Source: a virus
Length of the DNA stretch: 64,000 bases
Virus record (IMG/VR): IMGVR_UViG_3300037153_000221
Coordinates: 3,590-67,589 of that record
Strand: one strand, 5' to 3'
Under the pieces are notes generated by a model. That model was not told the DNA's origin. It did no database searches and saw nothing but the letters and a program-made list of their open reading frames with translations. The position numbers and the translations under genes are program-made. This document shows positions 9,907 through 19,581 of this stretch, one piece after another; position 1 is the first letter of the stretch, and the number at the start of each line of letters is the position of its first letter.

Positions 9907-10207
9907 GATCTGACGACAGTCCAGGGTTCAGATCCGGGGCGGCCAGCTTTCGGACTTGTTCCCGCATCTTCGGAGAAAAGTCCGTGACGACGGCGAAGCT
10001 CCATGCTACGGTGCCGCGAAACGCGAGCGGTCAGAGATGTGGCCGTAGCGCAGACATAGCGAGAGGGCCGAAGGCTCCACCGTGATCGCTGGCGGTGATC
10101 TTGTAGGCGGTGCCCCCGACCCTCTGCGGGATGACGCTGAGAGCCAGTCGCCTGGACCCAGCGAGGCCCACTGTAGCACGGCGCGACAGTCCTTCGAGCT
10201 AGCACGG

Positions 10208-10318
10208 ATGCGGTGCGACATCTGTCGCCTTCCCTGGCTCGCGTCCGGTTCCTTGGCGGACTCCCGAGAGTGCCCCTTCTGCGGGGCGAAGTTCGGAGCT
10301 AGGAGACTGGAGCAGTGA
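10208..10318 (+). CDS. Small zinc-ribbon peptide
   Basis: MRCDIC...CPFCG; GTGA overlap with the initiator gene. Confidence 0.35.
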   Translation: MRCDICRLPWLASGSLADSRECPFCGAKFGARRLEQ

Positions 10319-11298
10319 CCAACCCCAACCCGCGCCTCCTGGACGAGCGTGTCGTCCTAATCATCCCGTCGCTGGCTGTTCATCTTGGCCTGAACGAAGC
10401 GGTGGTCCTCCAGCAGTTGCACTACGTGCTCATGCGCAACACCGCCGAGGTGAGGGATGGACTGAAGTCGGTCCGTATGACCTACGCCGACTGGCAGCGC
10501 GAGTTCCCCTGGTGGTCCGATTCGACCATCCGACGCATCTTTGATGGACTCCGTGACGCCGGTCTCGTGCGTTTCACACGCACGAAGGAGGCTGCCTGGT
10601 ACGCCATCGACCACGCTGCGGTTGACGCCAGGTTGGGCACTTCGAGAGTGGCAGATCGAGCAGAACGGAGTGGTCAATCTGAGCAGAACCCGTGTAGTGA
10701 AGAAGGTAAAGAAGAAGAAGGACTACCAGGCGGCGAAGGCACGCTGTTCGGCGGCGACGTGGCCCCGGCCGAGGAAACCCCGGACGAAGTGGCGCTCGTG
10801 TGGGAGCGCTGGGAGCAGACGTTTCCCGGCCAGAACCGTGGTGGACTCACGGGTCCACGGCGCCGGGATCTCACCAAGGCGTTGAACGCAGTCGAGGGAA
10901 ACCTGGACGTGATGCTGCGCGCTATCGCCGGATTCTCGTCCTGGCTCAAGAGCGACCGGGGAACCGGACGGCCCGAGATTCCCCGTGTCTTCGCCACGGG
11001 GATGCACGACAGGAAGAACCTCACGGACAAGATCTACGGCTGGGCCGACGAGGCGCCGTCCGACACGATCACTACGGTCCACATCTCAGAAGGGCGTCGG
11101 CGCGAGATCTCGAATCGCAAGGGGTCCATCGTGGCGATGTTCACGTACGGCGCGCAGGACGACGAGCGCAGTCCGTACTACGTCACGGCGATGCAGGACA
11201 CGGCGTGGCTGAAAGACAACTTCGGCATTGAGTGGGAAGTGGTGGATGGACGCCCCGTCTTCACCGAGCCGACCAAACTTCCGGAACCGAGAACATGA
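10315..11298 (+). CDS. Phage replication initiator (winged-helix, O/DnaD-like)
   Basis: 'PSLAVHLGLNEAVVLQQLHY...W...FPWWS.STIRR' N-terminus typical of phage initiators; upstream of DnaB. Confidence 0.75.
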   Translation: MTNPNPRLLDERVVLIIPSLAVHLGLNEAVVLQQLHYVLMRNTAEVRDGLKSVRMTYADWQREFPWWSDSTIRRIFDGLRDAGLVRFTRTKEAAWYAIDHAAVDARLGTSRVADRAERSGQSEQNPCSEEGKEEEGLPGGEGTLFGGDVAPAEETPDEVALVWERWEQTFPGQNRGGLTGPRRRDLTKALNAVEGNLDVMLRAIAGFSSWLKSDRGTGRPEIPRVFATGMHDRKNLTDKIYGWADEAPSDTITTVHISEGRRREISNRKGSIVAMFTYGAQDDERSPYYVTAMQDTAWLKDNFGIEWEVVDGRPVFTEPTKLPEPRT

Positions 11299-11813
11299 CA
11301 GCGATCAGAAGTGAAGCGGGTCCAGCAGTCCTGAGCCAAGACCGGCGCTACCGCTACACCCTGACGAGAGTCTGGGATGAAGAACTGCCGACGATCAACT
11401 TCATCGGGCTGAACCCTTCGACCGCCGACGAATCCGCACTCGACCCCACCCTGCGCCGTTGCCTGCGCTTCGCTCACGACTGGGGATTTGGAGCGTTCGT
11501 CGTCACCAACCTGTTCGCATACCGCGCGACAGATCCGCTGGACATGAAGCGCGCGCTCGAACCAGTGGGTGAGCACTTCCAGGACTTCAACCAGAACGAC
11601 GTGCACCTACTGCACGAAGCGCGGACGGCGAGTCGGGTCGTCGCGTGCTGGGGCACGCATGGACACTTCAAGAACCGAGACCAGCATGTCCGCCGCATCT
11701 TGCAGGCGGCGACGATCCCGCTGTATGTCTTCGGGCTGAGTAAGCACGGGTTTCCAGTCCACCCGTTGTACCAGTCCTCCGAAACCAAGCTCAAGCTGTG
11801 GCCGTACGAGTGA
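11295..11813 (+). CDS. DUF1643-family protein
   Basis: 'YRY.L.R.W...IGLNPSTAD...DPT.RRC...NLFAYRATDP...WG...HPLY'. Confidence 0.85.
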   Translation: MTAIRSEAGPAVLSQDRRYRYTLTRVWDEELPTINFIGLNPSTADESALDPTLRRCLRFAHDWGFGAFVVTNLFAYRATDPLDMKRALEPVGEHFQDFNQNDVHLLHEARTASRVVACWGTHGHFKNRDQHVRRILQAATIPLYVFGLSKHGFPVHPLYQSSETKLKLWPYE

Positions 11814-11941
11814 CCTGGTGGCTGATCGTCGGCGGGATCGTGGTGTGGATCGCTGCGGTCGCGTTCGCGCTCGCCATCATGCGCATCGTGGCGAAGGCCG
11901 ACGAGCGGATCGAGCAGGAGAAGGAGCGCGAGCGTAGGTGA
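11810..11941 (+). CDS. Small membrane protein
   Basis: VTWWLIVGGIVVWIAAVAFALAIM...; GTGA overlaps at both ends. Confidence 0.5.
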   Translation: MTWWLIVGGIVVWIAAVAFALAIMRIVAKADERIEQEKERERR

Positions 11942-13311
11942 CAACGGCAGTCGTCCCCTACAGCGACGAAGGCGAGTGGAGCATCGTCGGCCAGATGATG
12001 TCCAACCCGACGCGCGTGGCCGAGGCCATCGGCGCGCAGATCGAACTGGAGGACTTCTACCGTCCAGACGCGCGCCTGATCTTCGAGGCCATCGTGTACT
12101 CCTACTACGCGGACGAACCCGTGGACCCCGTGGTGATCGGCGACCGGCTCGCGGACCCACTGAGCAGACAGTGGAACTGCCAGCCGTCCGAGGTGCCTGG
12201 ACGGCTGAAGGCGCAGGCGGACGCGCGCCGCTACGACGACAACGTGCGCGACCACGCACTGCTGATAAAGCGCCACAGCACCAACCGCCAGATGCTCGCG
12301 CTCTGCCAGGCCGTCGAGCACCGGATCGCCGAGGGCCGCGACACGCCGGAGGAGATCGGCGACTTCATGACCACCGAGGCGGCACGCCTGACCACGGGCG
12401 CCGCCAAGCGTGCCGAGATCATCTCTCACGCGGACGTGGGCCGCGAGTACATCCGCTACCTCCAGATGCAGCAGGCGGCGAGGGCGCAGGGCTTCGAGAT
12501 CGGCGTTTACACCGGACTGTCGTTCATAGATAACTGGACGCGCGGGATCGCGCCGTCCGAACTCATGATGCTGGGCGGACCGCCCGGCGTCGGCAAGTCG
12601 GCCGTCGCCTGGAGCGCCGTCGAGGGGTTCGCCCGGCGCCAGGTGACCAAGCACCCGGACAAGCGCGTCGGCGCCATGGTGTTCAGCCTGGAGATGGCGC
12701 TGGTCGGCTCGTCGGCGCGTGTCGCCACCAGGTCCAGCGGTATCGTCGGCGACAAGCTGCGCGAGGGCGACGTGACCAACGACGAACTCTCGCGCATCAT
12801 CGCGTCGTGGAAGAACGACATGTACCTGCCGCTGTACTGGAACTTCGCCTCGAACTTCAAGATGTCCCAGATGCGGGCATTGATAGTCGAGGCCATCAGG
12901 CGCCATAATGTCGGACTGGTGTTGGTAGATCACTTCCGGATGTTCGATCCAGACCGGCGCATCAACAATCCAAACCAGGAGGACGAAGCCAAAGCCCGAT
13001 TCCTCAAGGAAGACGTAGCCAAGGACTTGAACGTGGCCGTCATGTGTCTCGCGCACACCATCAAGCTCTCGCGCGACTACGGCGACGGCCGTCCAACCCT
13101 CAACGACCTACGCGGGTCCGGACAGGTAGCGGCGCATTGCGACATCGTGGCGTTCATGCACATGCCCATCCTGCTAGCGACCGAGGCCGAGTTGAAGGAG
13201 AACACCTACGACCCGCACGCCGCCGAGATGCTGTACCGAAAGAACAGGAACGGTGGACTGGGTAGAGCGAACTTCGAGTTCATTGCCCAGACCATGACCG
13301 TCCGCGACTAG
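11938..13311 (+). CDS. dnaB: DnaB-like replicative helicase
   Basis: Walker A GPPGVGKS; FSLEM; VDH; 'RPTLNDLRGSGQV'; KNRNG. Confidence 0.95.
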   Translation: MTTAVVPYSDEGEWSIVGQMMSNPTRVAEAIGAQIELEDFYRPDARLIFEAIVYSYYADEPVDPVVIGDRLADPLSRQWNCQPSEVPGRLKAQADARRYDDNVRDHALLIKRHSTNRQMLALCQAVEHRIAEGRDTPEEIGDFMTTEAARLTTGAAKRAEIISHADVGREYIRYLQMQQAARAQGFEIGVYTGLSFIDNWTRGIAPSELMMLGGPPGVGKSAVAWSAVEGFARRQVTKHPDKRVGAMVFSLEMALVGSSARVATRSSGIVGDKLREGDVTNDELSRIIASWKNDMYLPLYWNFASNFKMSQMRALIVEAIRRHNVGLVLVDHFRMFDPDRRINNPNQEDEAKARFLKEDVAKDLNVAVMCLAHTIKLSRDYGDGRPTLNDLRGSGQVAAHCDIVAFMHMPILLATEAELKENTYDPHAAEMLYRKNRNGGLGRANFEFIAQTMTVRD

Positions 13312-13326
13312 AGGAGTGAACTGAAG

Positions 13327-14106
13327 TTGTCCGAACAGCAACCACAGACGCAGCCGGTGGAGGACGATCCGTTCGCCGCCCCGGCCGAAGATCCGTTCGC
13401 CGAGTCCAGCGAGCAGGGCGCGCCGCCCTCCGAGGCGCCGCCGCCCGCCGCCGAAGCGCCCGCCGAGCCGACGCCGCCCGCCGAGGCGCCGCCCATCGTG
13501 GACCGTGAGGGCGCCCCGGTGCAAGGGCCGCTCGACACCGCGCCCGAGGACCACGAGCCGCCGCCGCAGCCGGACCCGACGCCGGACCCGGACGCAGGCA
13601 GCCAGCAACCGGCCCAGGAGGCGCCCCAGCCGCCCCAGGAGCCGCAGGCGCCGCCGCCCGCAGCCCCGGAGCCTCCGGCCGCTGAGGCGCCGCAGGAGGA
13701 GCCTGCCGCGCCGCCGCCGCCGCCCGCGCCCGAGCCGACGCCGCAGCCCCCGGCCGACCCCGCAGCGCAGGGAACGCCGGACAGCAACGGCGACGGCGGG
13801 GACGAGAAGAAGTCCACCGTGCGTCACTACGTCGTGCTCTACCAGACCGGCCCGACGACGTTCGAGGTGGCCAAGCTGCTGGACGCGGACGGCCAGCCCA
13901 AGCACGCCGTCGTCGTCATGGACGGCCAGGCGTACCTGGAGGCGCGCAACAACGAGCACGCCTACAAGCTCGCCTTCCACATCCTCGGATCGCCCAAGGA
14001 GGGCGCCACGCTGTGGCCGATCCCGAAGGCGAGCTACCGACCGCGCCGTGTCCAGCCCGCCCCGCCGCAGCCCGAGCGCGAACGGCTCACGATCACGGCG
14101 ACGTAA
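13327..14106 (+). CDS. Pro/Glu/Ala-rich disordered protein with a folded C-terminal domain
   Basis: About 160-aa low-complexity N-terminus; GAGGAG RBS. Confidence 0.7.
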   Translation: MSEQQPQTQPVEDDPFAAPAEDPFAESSEQGAPPSEAPPPAAEAPAEPTPPAEAPPIVDREGAPVQGPLDTAPEDHEPPPQPDPTPDPDAGSQQPAQEAPQPPQEPQAPPPAAPEPPAAEAPQEEPAAPPPPPAPEPTPQPPADPAAQGTPDSNGDGGDEKKSTVRHYVVLYQTGPTTFEVAKLLDADGQPKHAVVVMDGQAYLEARNNEHAYKLAFHILGSPKEGATLWPIPKASYRPRRVQPAPPQPERERLTITAT

Positions 14107-14163
14107 GGCCCAACCGAAGTCCAGTGCTAGCGCCGGGGGACCAGTGCCCCCGGCGCACCGCCG

Positions 14164-14622
14164 ATGTCCGCACACCACGACCCGACCAAGGTCTTCGAGA
14201 CCAGCATCATCGTCAAGGAGACCCGTGCGATCCACCAGGGTCGCAACGGGAGCACGGGCGAGGAGTACACGCTGTACCAGATCGTGGCGACCAGGCCGAA
14301 CGGGCAGATGATCGACCTGAACCTGCGCAGCTTCGAGGACTTGGCCCGCGACGAGGTGCTGCCGGTGGAGGTGACGCCGTTCGTCAGCGAGCAGTACGGC
14401 ACGTCGTACACGCTCAAGGCGAAGGCCAAGTCCAAGGCTCGCCAGGAACTGGAGCAGTTGGCCTCCAGGGTCGAACGACTGGAACGTCATCTCGGTCTAA
14501 CTTCTGACTCAAGTTCGGATCTTGCCGCTGGACCCCCGCCACCGCCAGCGCCGGACCGACAACCCGCCGCCCCGCCGCCGCCGATCCAGCGGCAGGAAAC
14601 CGGGGGAGGCCAAGCGTTCTAG
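14164..14622 (+). CDS. Hypothetical beta-rich + coiled-coil protein (paralogue of 25977..26357)
   Basis: Shared motifs with the paralogue; see findings. Confidence 0.65.
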   Translation: MSAHHDPTKVFETSIIVKETRAIHQGRNGSTGEEYTLYQIVATRPNGQMIDLNLRSFEDLARDEVLPVEVTPFVSEQYGTSYTLKAKAKSKARQELEQLASRVERLERHLGLTSDSSSDLAAGPPPPPAPDRQPAAPPPPIQRQETGGGQAF

Positions 14623-14631
14623 GAGGAAGCG

Positions 14632-14934
14632 ATGGAGGCAGCGCCGAGGCTCCCAACCACGACCAGCAACCTGGACAAGCAGCCGAACTTCGACGCGCTC
14701 AAGCGGTGGATGGGCCAACTTGAGTCGTGGTCTGTGGACATCTACGAGGAGCGCCAACGCCTGCTGGCCGAGAAGGAGGAGATCACCCAGGAGCGCGACG
14801 GCCTACAGCAAGTCGTCAACGACGTGGAGTGGAAGGCCGACGCTTACGACACGTTAGTGGAGAAGCTGGCCGACGCGGCACGCGGCATCGCGGACTTTCA
14901 GGAGGTGTACGACCTGTGCGGCGTGAGAGCATGA
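14632..14934 (+). CDS. Coiled-coil hypothetical protein
   Basis: AGGAGG RBS. Confidence 0.6.
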   Translation: MEAAPRLPTTTSNLDKQPNFDALKRWMGQLESWSVDIYEERQRLLAEKEEITQERDGLQQVVNDVEWKADAYDTLVEKLADAARGIADFQEVYDLCGVRA

Positions 14935-15254
14935 CGTACGCTCCGGTCGCTGTCATGTGGGCGAACCGGCGCTGGGGTCGCGGGCGCCTGTGGCAGCTAG
15001 CCACGCGGGCGTTCTGCTTCACGTTCGGGCACCGCTTCACGGCGTGGTTCGAGGACTGGGACGAGGACCAGCCACCGCCGCACCCGGAGATCCGTGGGCT
15101 GTGGCACCGGGGCTGCCGCCGCGAGTGTGGGATCATCCAGACGGCCACGACGACGCGACTTCAGTTGGAGGCTGGCGCGCTCACCGATGGCGACGACCTC
15201 TGGCACCGTTGGGGCAGTAGCGACAGGAGGAGTTATGAACGACGGCAAGACTGA
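14931..15254 (+). CDS. Hypothetical protein (Cys/His motifs)
   Basis: ATGA overlap; 'FCFTFGH...C.RECG'. Confidence 0.45.
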   Translation: MTYAPVAVMWANRRWGRGRLWQLATRAFCFTFGHRFTAWFEDWDEDQPPPHPEIRGLWHRGCRRECGIIQTATTTRLQLEAGALTDGDDLWHRWGSSDRRSYERRQD

Positions 15255-15723
15255 GATGTACGAGCCGGTGTCCGATCCGCGCCACGGCGATCACCAACTG
15301 ACCCCGCTCAAAGGCGGGCGCTACGACCAGATCATCCACGGCCCCCCCGGCACCGACGTGGGCGACCTTCACATCGAACTGGAGCCGGTCGTGTTCGAGG
15401 ACCAGCACCCGACGACAGTCACACATTCCGGCTGGCACGTCAGCGAGGAGCACCTGGAGCAGATCGAGCAGGGCGCGCACGTCCGGCTGTCGCTCTGGCA
15501 GCACCCGATGCCGCCCGTCGCCGTGTCCGTGGAGCCGCCCGTGTGCGCGTGCCATGGCGACACGATGGAGTGGGACCCCGACGAGGGCAACTACTACTGC
15601 GCGCACCTGACACGACTGGACCAGCGCGCGACCGGCGAACCCGCCAAGTCGGCACTGGACCAGGCGCATGAGGGGTTCAAGCCGCGCCCCGACGAGCAGG
15701 ACCCGTACCTCGGCCACGACTAG
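15235..15723 (+). CDS. Hypothetical protein
   Basis: AGGAGG RBS; starts MNDGKTE. Confidence 0.6.
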   Translation: MNDGKTEMYEPVSDPRHGDHQLTPLKGGRYDQIIHGPPGTDVGDLHIELEPVVFEDQHPTTVTHSGWHVSEEHLEQIEQGAHVRLSLWQHPMPPVAVSVEPPVCACHGDTMEWDPDEGNYYCAHLTRLDQRATGEPAKSALDQAHEGFKPRPDEQDPYLGHD

Positions 15724-15821
15724 GTGGACCGACCGGAAGGAAGACTGGACACCCCGGACGGCCGCAAACTCGAACGCCAGTTGGCCGTAGGCGCTGGCGG
15801 TCTGGTACGCTGCCGTCCGGG

Positions 15822-16421
15822 ATGATGCTGGGAGCCGACGACATCGGCCCTTACGAGGGGCTGATCTTCTCCACCGCTGCGCGCTACGCCGCGTACTTTG
15901 ACGACGACGTGGAGGACATCCAGCAGGTACTGCGGCTGAAGGTCTGGCGCGCGCTGAAGGCATACGATCCACGGCGCTCCAGTCAACCAGTACAGAAGTT
16001 CGTATTCTCCTGTCTGCGCAACCAGGTCAAGGACTTACTGAAGCAGCAGTTCCGGCTCAACCGCGCGCGCCGGTCCGCCTCGCCGGTCTACCTGGACGAC
16101 GAGGCCGGACTGACACCCGACTTCTTCGAGCGCAAGTACCTCGTGGTGGAGGAAGAAGCCGTCTTCGCCGTCGTGGACGACGAGGACTGCGAACTCCCGT
16201 CCACACTTACGACGTTCGAGGTGACGGTTGTACACCTGCTTCTGCTGGAGTACAACCAGACCGAGGCGGCGCGGATACTCGACGTACCGCGCGGGCGGAT
16301 ACGCGCCGCGCACACCTCGGTCAAGGAGAAAATGGCGGACTGGCGTCCGACGCTACCGCTGCCCGCCATGAACGGCAACGGGCACCACGAGCGCGCGACG
16401 CTGGACCGCATCCTCTCCTAA
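15822..16421 (+). CDS. Sigma-70 family (ECF-like) RNA polymerase sigma factor
   Basis: Region 2 'EDIQQ...VWRALKAYDP...RNQVKD'; region 4 HTH 'YNQTEAARILDVP'. Confidence 0.8.
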   Translation: MMLGADDIGPYEGLIFSTAARYAAYFDDDVEDIQQVLRLKVWRALKAYDPRRSSQPVQKFVFSCLRNQVKDLLKQQFRLNRARRSASPVYLDDEAGLTPDFFERKYLVVEEEAVFAVVDDEDCELPSTLTTFEVTVVHLLLLEYNQTEAARILDVPRGRIRAAHTSVKEKMADWRPTLPLPAMNGNGHHERATLDRILS

Positions 16422-16642
16422 GCTAGCCGCTTGCTCGTCACGCTGAGCTTCGCGGCCCACTCGCCGTAGGTGACGCGGAACTGGCCCGACACCCGCGCGC
16501 GCAGGCTGGCGTCGTCGTCCCCGTTCGGCTTGTGGTCCACCATGAACATCAGCTTGCACGCCCGCCAGTCGTTGTCCTCCGGCCCCACCGCCAGGGCCTC
16601 CACCATCCACTTCTCCTTGGGCTGTGTCGTTCCGTCAGTCAC
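16418..16642 (-). CDS. Possible small hypothetical protein
   Basis: 3' part of ORF 16418..17095 looks coding; start uncertain. Confidence 0.3.
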   Translation of the reverse strand: MTDGTTQPKEKWMVEALAVGPEDNDWRACKLMFMVDHKPNGDDDASLRARVSGQFRVTYGEWAAKLSVTSKRLA

Positions 16643-16766
16643 GGGGTAGTCGTACCTTCCCTTGTCCAGTTGAGCGGGGGTGCTAGGTGGTAACGGTAGT
16701 CCACGGTGAGGCGGGAGCGCGTCGTATAGCGCCCGCTTCGCCAGGTACACCTCGTCGGTCTCGGGC

Positions 16767-17795
16767 TTAGGCGGCACGCGCGACGGCCTCGTTGAACGTG
16801 CCCTGTCGCCTCGCCATGGACTTGCCGATGTCGCGCTTGCTGATCTCCACGTAGCAGAGGGTCTGCTGGAGCGTGGCGTGTCCAAGCAGGCGCGAGACCT
16901 GTTCGAGATCCATGCCCGCCCGCAGCCACTCGGTGGCGCAGGTGTGACGCAGCCGGTGCCAGCGCCACCCCATGCCCAGCGAGTCCTGGAGCAGCGAGCC
17001 GAAGCGATCCTCGGGCATCGGGTTGTTGCGCCACTGCGCGTAGCACACCAGCCACGGCCTGTCATGCGTCGGCCGCATCGTAGCTCTGAACTCAAGCCAG
17101 GCGTAAACGCGGGCGCGGGCCTCGTCGGTGTAGGGGATCTCGCGGATCTTCACGTAGCCGGTGGTCGGGTCGGCCTTGCCACGCACGACGAAGTATTCGT
17201 TGTCGTAGTGGACATCATCGACCGACAGTCCGTAGATCTCCGACGAGCGCATCCCCAGGTCCAGCGCCAGGCGGATCATGCAGTCAAGCTGGAGCCGGAA
17301 GGCGTGCCGCCATACGCGCGCCCACGGACCCTTGCCCTCGATCCAGCGCCGCACCGCAAACGAGCCGCGCCCCCGCTCCCCGGCCGCACGGTCCGGCAGG
17401 TACGGGAGCTTGCGGTTGATGGTCTCCCAGAAGACGGCCATCTCCGCTGTGGTGTACGGCTTGGGCTGCGTGACGCCGGTCGAGCCGCGCGGATTCTTCA
17501 CGGCCTTCAGGCGCAGGTACTGGTCGGCGGTGATGACGCCAGCCGTGTACGCCCAGGTGAAGAACCCGCGCAGCATGTTCATCTTCTTGCGCACGGTGTT
17601 GACGTGCAGGCCACCTGCCAGCAGTTCGGACGAGTAGCCGAGGAAGTCGGCCGACGTGACCTGAGAGAGATCGCGGCCCTCCTCCTCAAGTCGAGACTCC
17701 AGTCCGCCGAGAACGATCAGGGTCTCGTGGCACCGGCCCGGCGAGATGTTGTTGAACACCAGGTGCTCGGCGGTGAAGCGCTCGGTCACGTTCAT
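16767..17795 (-). CDS. Tyrosine recombinase / integrase (XerC/D-like)
   Basis: Catalytic R (GMRSSE), K (RGK), HxxR (HRLRH), LLGH and Y; N-terminal SAM-like domain. Confidence 0.9.
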   Translation of the reverse strand: MNVTERFTAEHLVFNNISPGRCHETLIVLGGLESRLEEEGRDLSQVTSADFLGYSSELLAGGLHVNTVRKKMNMLRGFFTWAYTAGVITADQYLRLKAVKNPRGSTGVTQPKPYTTAEMAVFWETINRKLPYLPDRAAGERGRGSFAVRRWIEGKGPWARVWRHAFRLQLDCMIRLALDLGMRSSEIYGLSVDDVHYDNEYFVVRGKADPTTGYVKIREIPYTDEARARVYAWLEFRATMRPTHDRPWLVCYAQWRNNPMPEDRFGSLLQDSLGMGWRWHRLRHTCATEWLRAGMDLEQVSRLLGHATLQQTLCYVEISKRDIGKSMARRQGTFNEAVARAA

Positions 17796-17983
17796 CTGAC
17801 GCGCTCGATCTTGCCGGACCCGCCGTCGCGGGTCACGTTGCCCTCGGTGATGCGCACCTCGCCCTGGCGCTCCAGTTCCAGCGCCGCCCGGCACTCCACG
17901 ATCCCGCCGACGTACAGCGTCTTGCTGTCACGCCGATCCAGCGCAGTGAGCAGCCTGCGCGCGCTCTTGCTCAACTCGGTCAT
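17792..17983 (-). CDS. Small hypothetical (winged-helix-like) protein
   Basis: ATGA-coupled to the recombinase gene. Confidence 0.5.
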   Translation of the reverse strand: MTELSKSARRLLTALDRRDSKTLYVGGIVECRAALELERQGEVRITEGNVTRDGGSGKIERVR

Positions 17984-18702
17984 CGCTTCCCTGCTCCCAC
18001 CCTCATGACTTTGCCACCTTTCTTTCGCCGGACGAGAGTCCCGGCCTTGCGGTCCGACGCCTTATCGCTCGGACCCTTTGGACGCCCGGTGTGCGCCACC
18101 GGCAGCACACCGTCGATACGTGACCGCTCGCGTGGCCCCTTGTCCTCACCGCGCGGTCTCCGGCGAGGACTCTGACGAGGGTCCGGTGGCACATACTCCC
18201 AGCGCGCAGTCGGACCCATACTCGGCGAGCCGGGGGGACGGCGGATCATGCCGTCAGGTAGCTCGTCCAGCTTGGCAGCGGCGGTGGTTCGAGCGATGTC
18301 GAACGCGCGCGCCACGTCAGGCACAGAGAACGGCTCGCTCTGGCCGACCACCCAGTCACGGATCTGCTCGACCCGGACCTTGGTGGCTGGCTTGCGACTG
18401 GACCCGTTCGTGTCAGGGGGTGCGGCCTCCGCTTCGGCCGGACCCCCCTCCTGCGTTTTTGCCGCACCCTTGTGCTCGTCCTTATCTTCGGACTCAAGTT
18501 GAGAGATACGGTCGCTCAGCAGGAGCACCGTCTTGGACAGCGACTCGACTGCTTCACGCAGCGCGTCGCTCTCGCTGACGTACTCGCGTCCGTTGAGTGC
18601 GGCGAGCGTCTTCCGGAGCACGGGCAGTTCGTCCACCAGTGGCTCGATGAACTCGATGCGCTCGCGGATGTGCTGGCGCTGGTTGTCCAAGAACTCGGTC
18701 AT
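17980..18702 (-). CDS. Coiled-coil + HTH DNA-binding protein
   Basis: 'FSVPDVARAFDIARTTAAAKLDEL' HTH; basic tail. Confidence 0.6.
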   Translation of the reverse strand: MTEFLDNQRQHIRERIEFIEPLVDELPVLRKTLAALNGREYVSESDALREAVESLSKTVLLLSDRISQLESEDKDEHKGAAKTQEGGPAEAEAAPPDTNGSSRKPATKVRVEQIRDWVVGQSEPFSVPDVARAFDIARTTAAAKLDELPDGMIRRPPGSPSMGPTARWEYVPPDPRQSPRRRPRGEDKGPRERSRIDGVLPVAHTGRPKGPSDKASDRKAGTLVRRKKGGKVMRVGAGKR

Positions 18703-18881
18703 CGGACCACCATCGCGCCTTCCTCGAAACGCCAGTCCCGTTCTTGGGCCAGCGCCTCGGCATCCTCGCGGCTCCGATGTCCATAGGTAGCGAGCACCGT
18801 GCGGTCGTGTCCCCACAGCAGAACGCAGGCGCCGATGGCCTCGTTCTCCTGGGTGGGATGCCAGACGAGAATGTCAGTCAT
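18699..18881 (-). CDS. Hypothetical protein
   Basis: Coupled overlaps; GAGG RBS. Confidence 0.5.
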   Translation of the reverse strand: MTDILVWHPTQENEAIGACVLLWGHDRTVLATYGHRSREDAEALAQERDWRFEEGAMVVR

Positions 18882-19581
18882 CGTCCACCTCCTCTAGCCG
18901 GATACTGGCGCCGTCCGGTAGGTGGATCGTGTCGCCGGGTTGCATGTCCGCCGCCCTGGCGAGCGCATCACCCCACGAGTCGGGCGCGGCGTCCACGGGC
19001 GTGGACGAGAGACCGCCCGCCTGCGTGGGCGTGAGCAAGCCAGCGGACATGTCCTCCTCGGCGTCTGGCTTGTCGTTGCGTCCCTCGGCCACGGGAAGTC
19101 CGGGCTGGAACGGACGCTGGCGACCCTTGTGCTCGCCGCGCTTGCGACCGTCGTTGAACATCCGGACCTGGGTATCGCTGGACAGCAGTTGCTCGGTAAA
19201 GCCGAACTCGATGTAGTAGTCCTCCGGGAACACCCACAGGTGATATTCGTTGGACGTGTCCACCAAGCGCGACTCGGCCGGGTAGATCTCGACCGCCTCG
19301 CGCTCGGGACCCGCGATCTCGTTCTTGATCGCCTGGTAGTGCCGCCAGTCCGTCATCGGGTGGCGGTCGTGGCGCTTCATGGAGAGGTGCATGAACCCCT
19401 CGCGCCCCTCGTCAGGCCCGCCCATGTACGTGACGGTGACCTGGTAGAGATCGTTGAACCACACCTCGTCGGCGGGTCGGGAGCCGACCTGGACCCTGAG
19501 CGCGTCCAGCATCGGGTTCGGGGTGCCCTGTCGCATGGGCGTCCACTCGTGGCGTAGGTTCCTACTGCTGGAACGGGCCAT
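18874..19581 (-). CDS. Conserved phage protein (HLS...W...Q.IKNE...YP...HLW type)
   Basis: Motif string recognised from uncharacterised phage proteins; start uncertain. Confidence 0.55.
   Translation of the reverse strand: MARSSSRNLRHEWTPMRQGTPNPMLDALRVQVGSRPADEVWFNDLYQVTVTYMGGPDEGREGFMHLSMKRHDRHPMTDWRHYQAIKNEIAGPEREAVEIYPAESRLVDTSNEYHLWVFPEDYYIEFGFTEQLLSSDTQVRMFNDGRKRGEHKGRQRPFQPGLPVAEGRNDKPDAEEDMSAGLLTPTQAGGLSSTPVDAAPDSWGDALARAADMQPGDTIHLPDGASIRLEEVDDD

Noticed and set aside
9920-9945. tRNA 3' end or attP core (GGTTCAGATCC...CCA)
   Set aside because: T-stem does not pair and the distance to CCA is too short; no tRNA genes were recognised anywhere in the window
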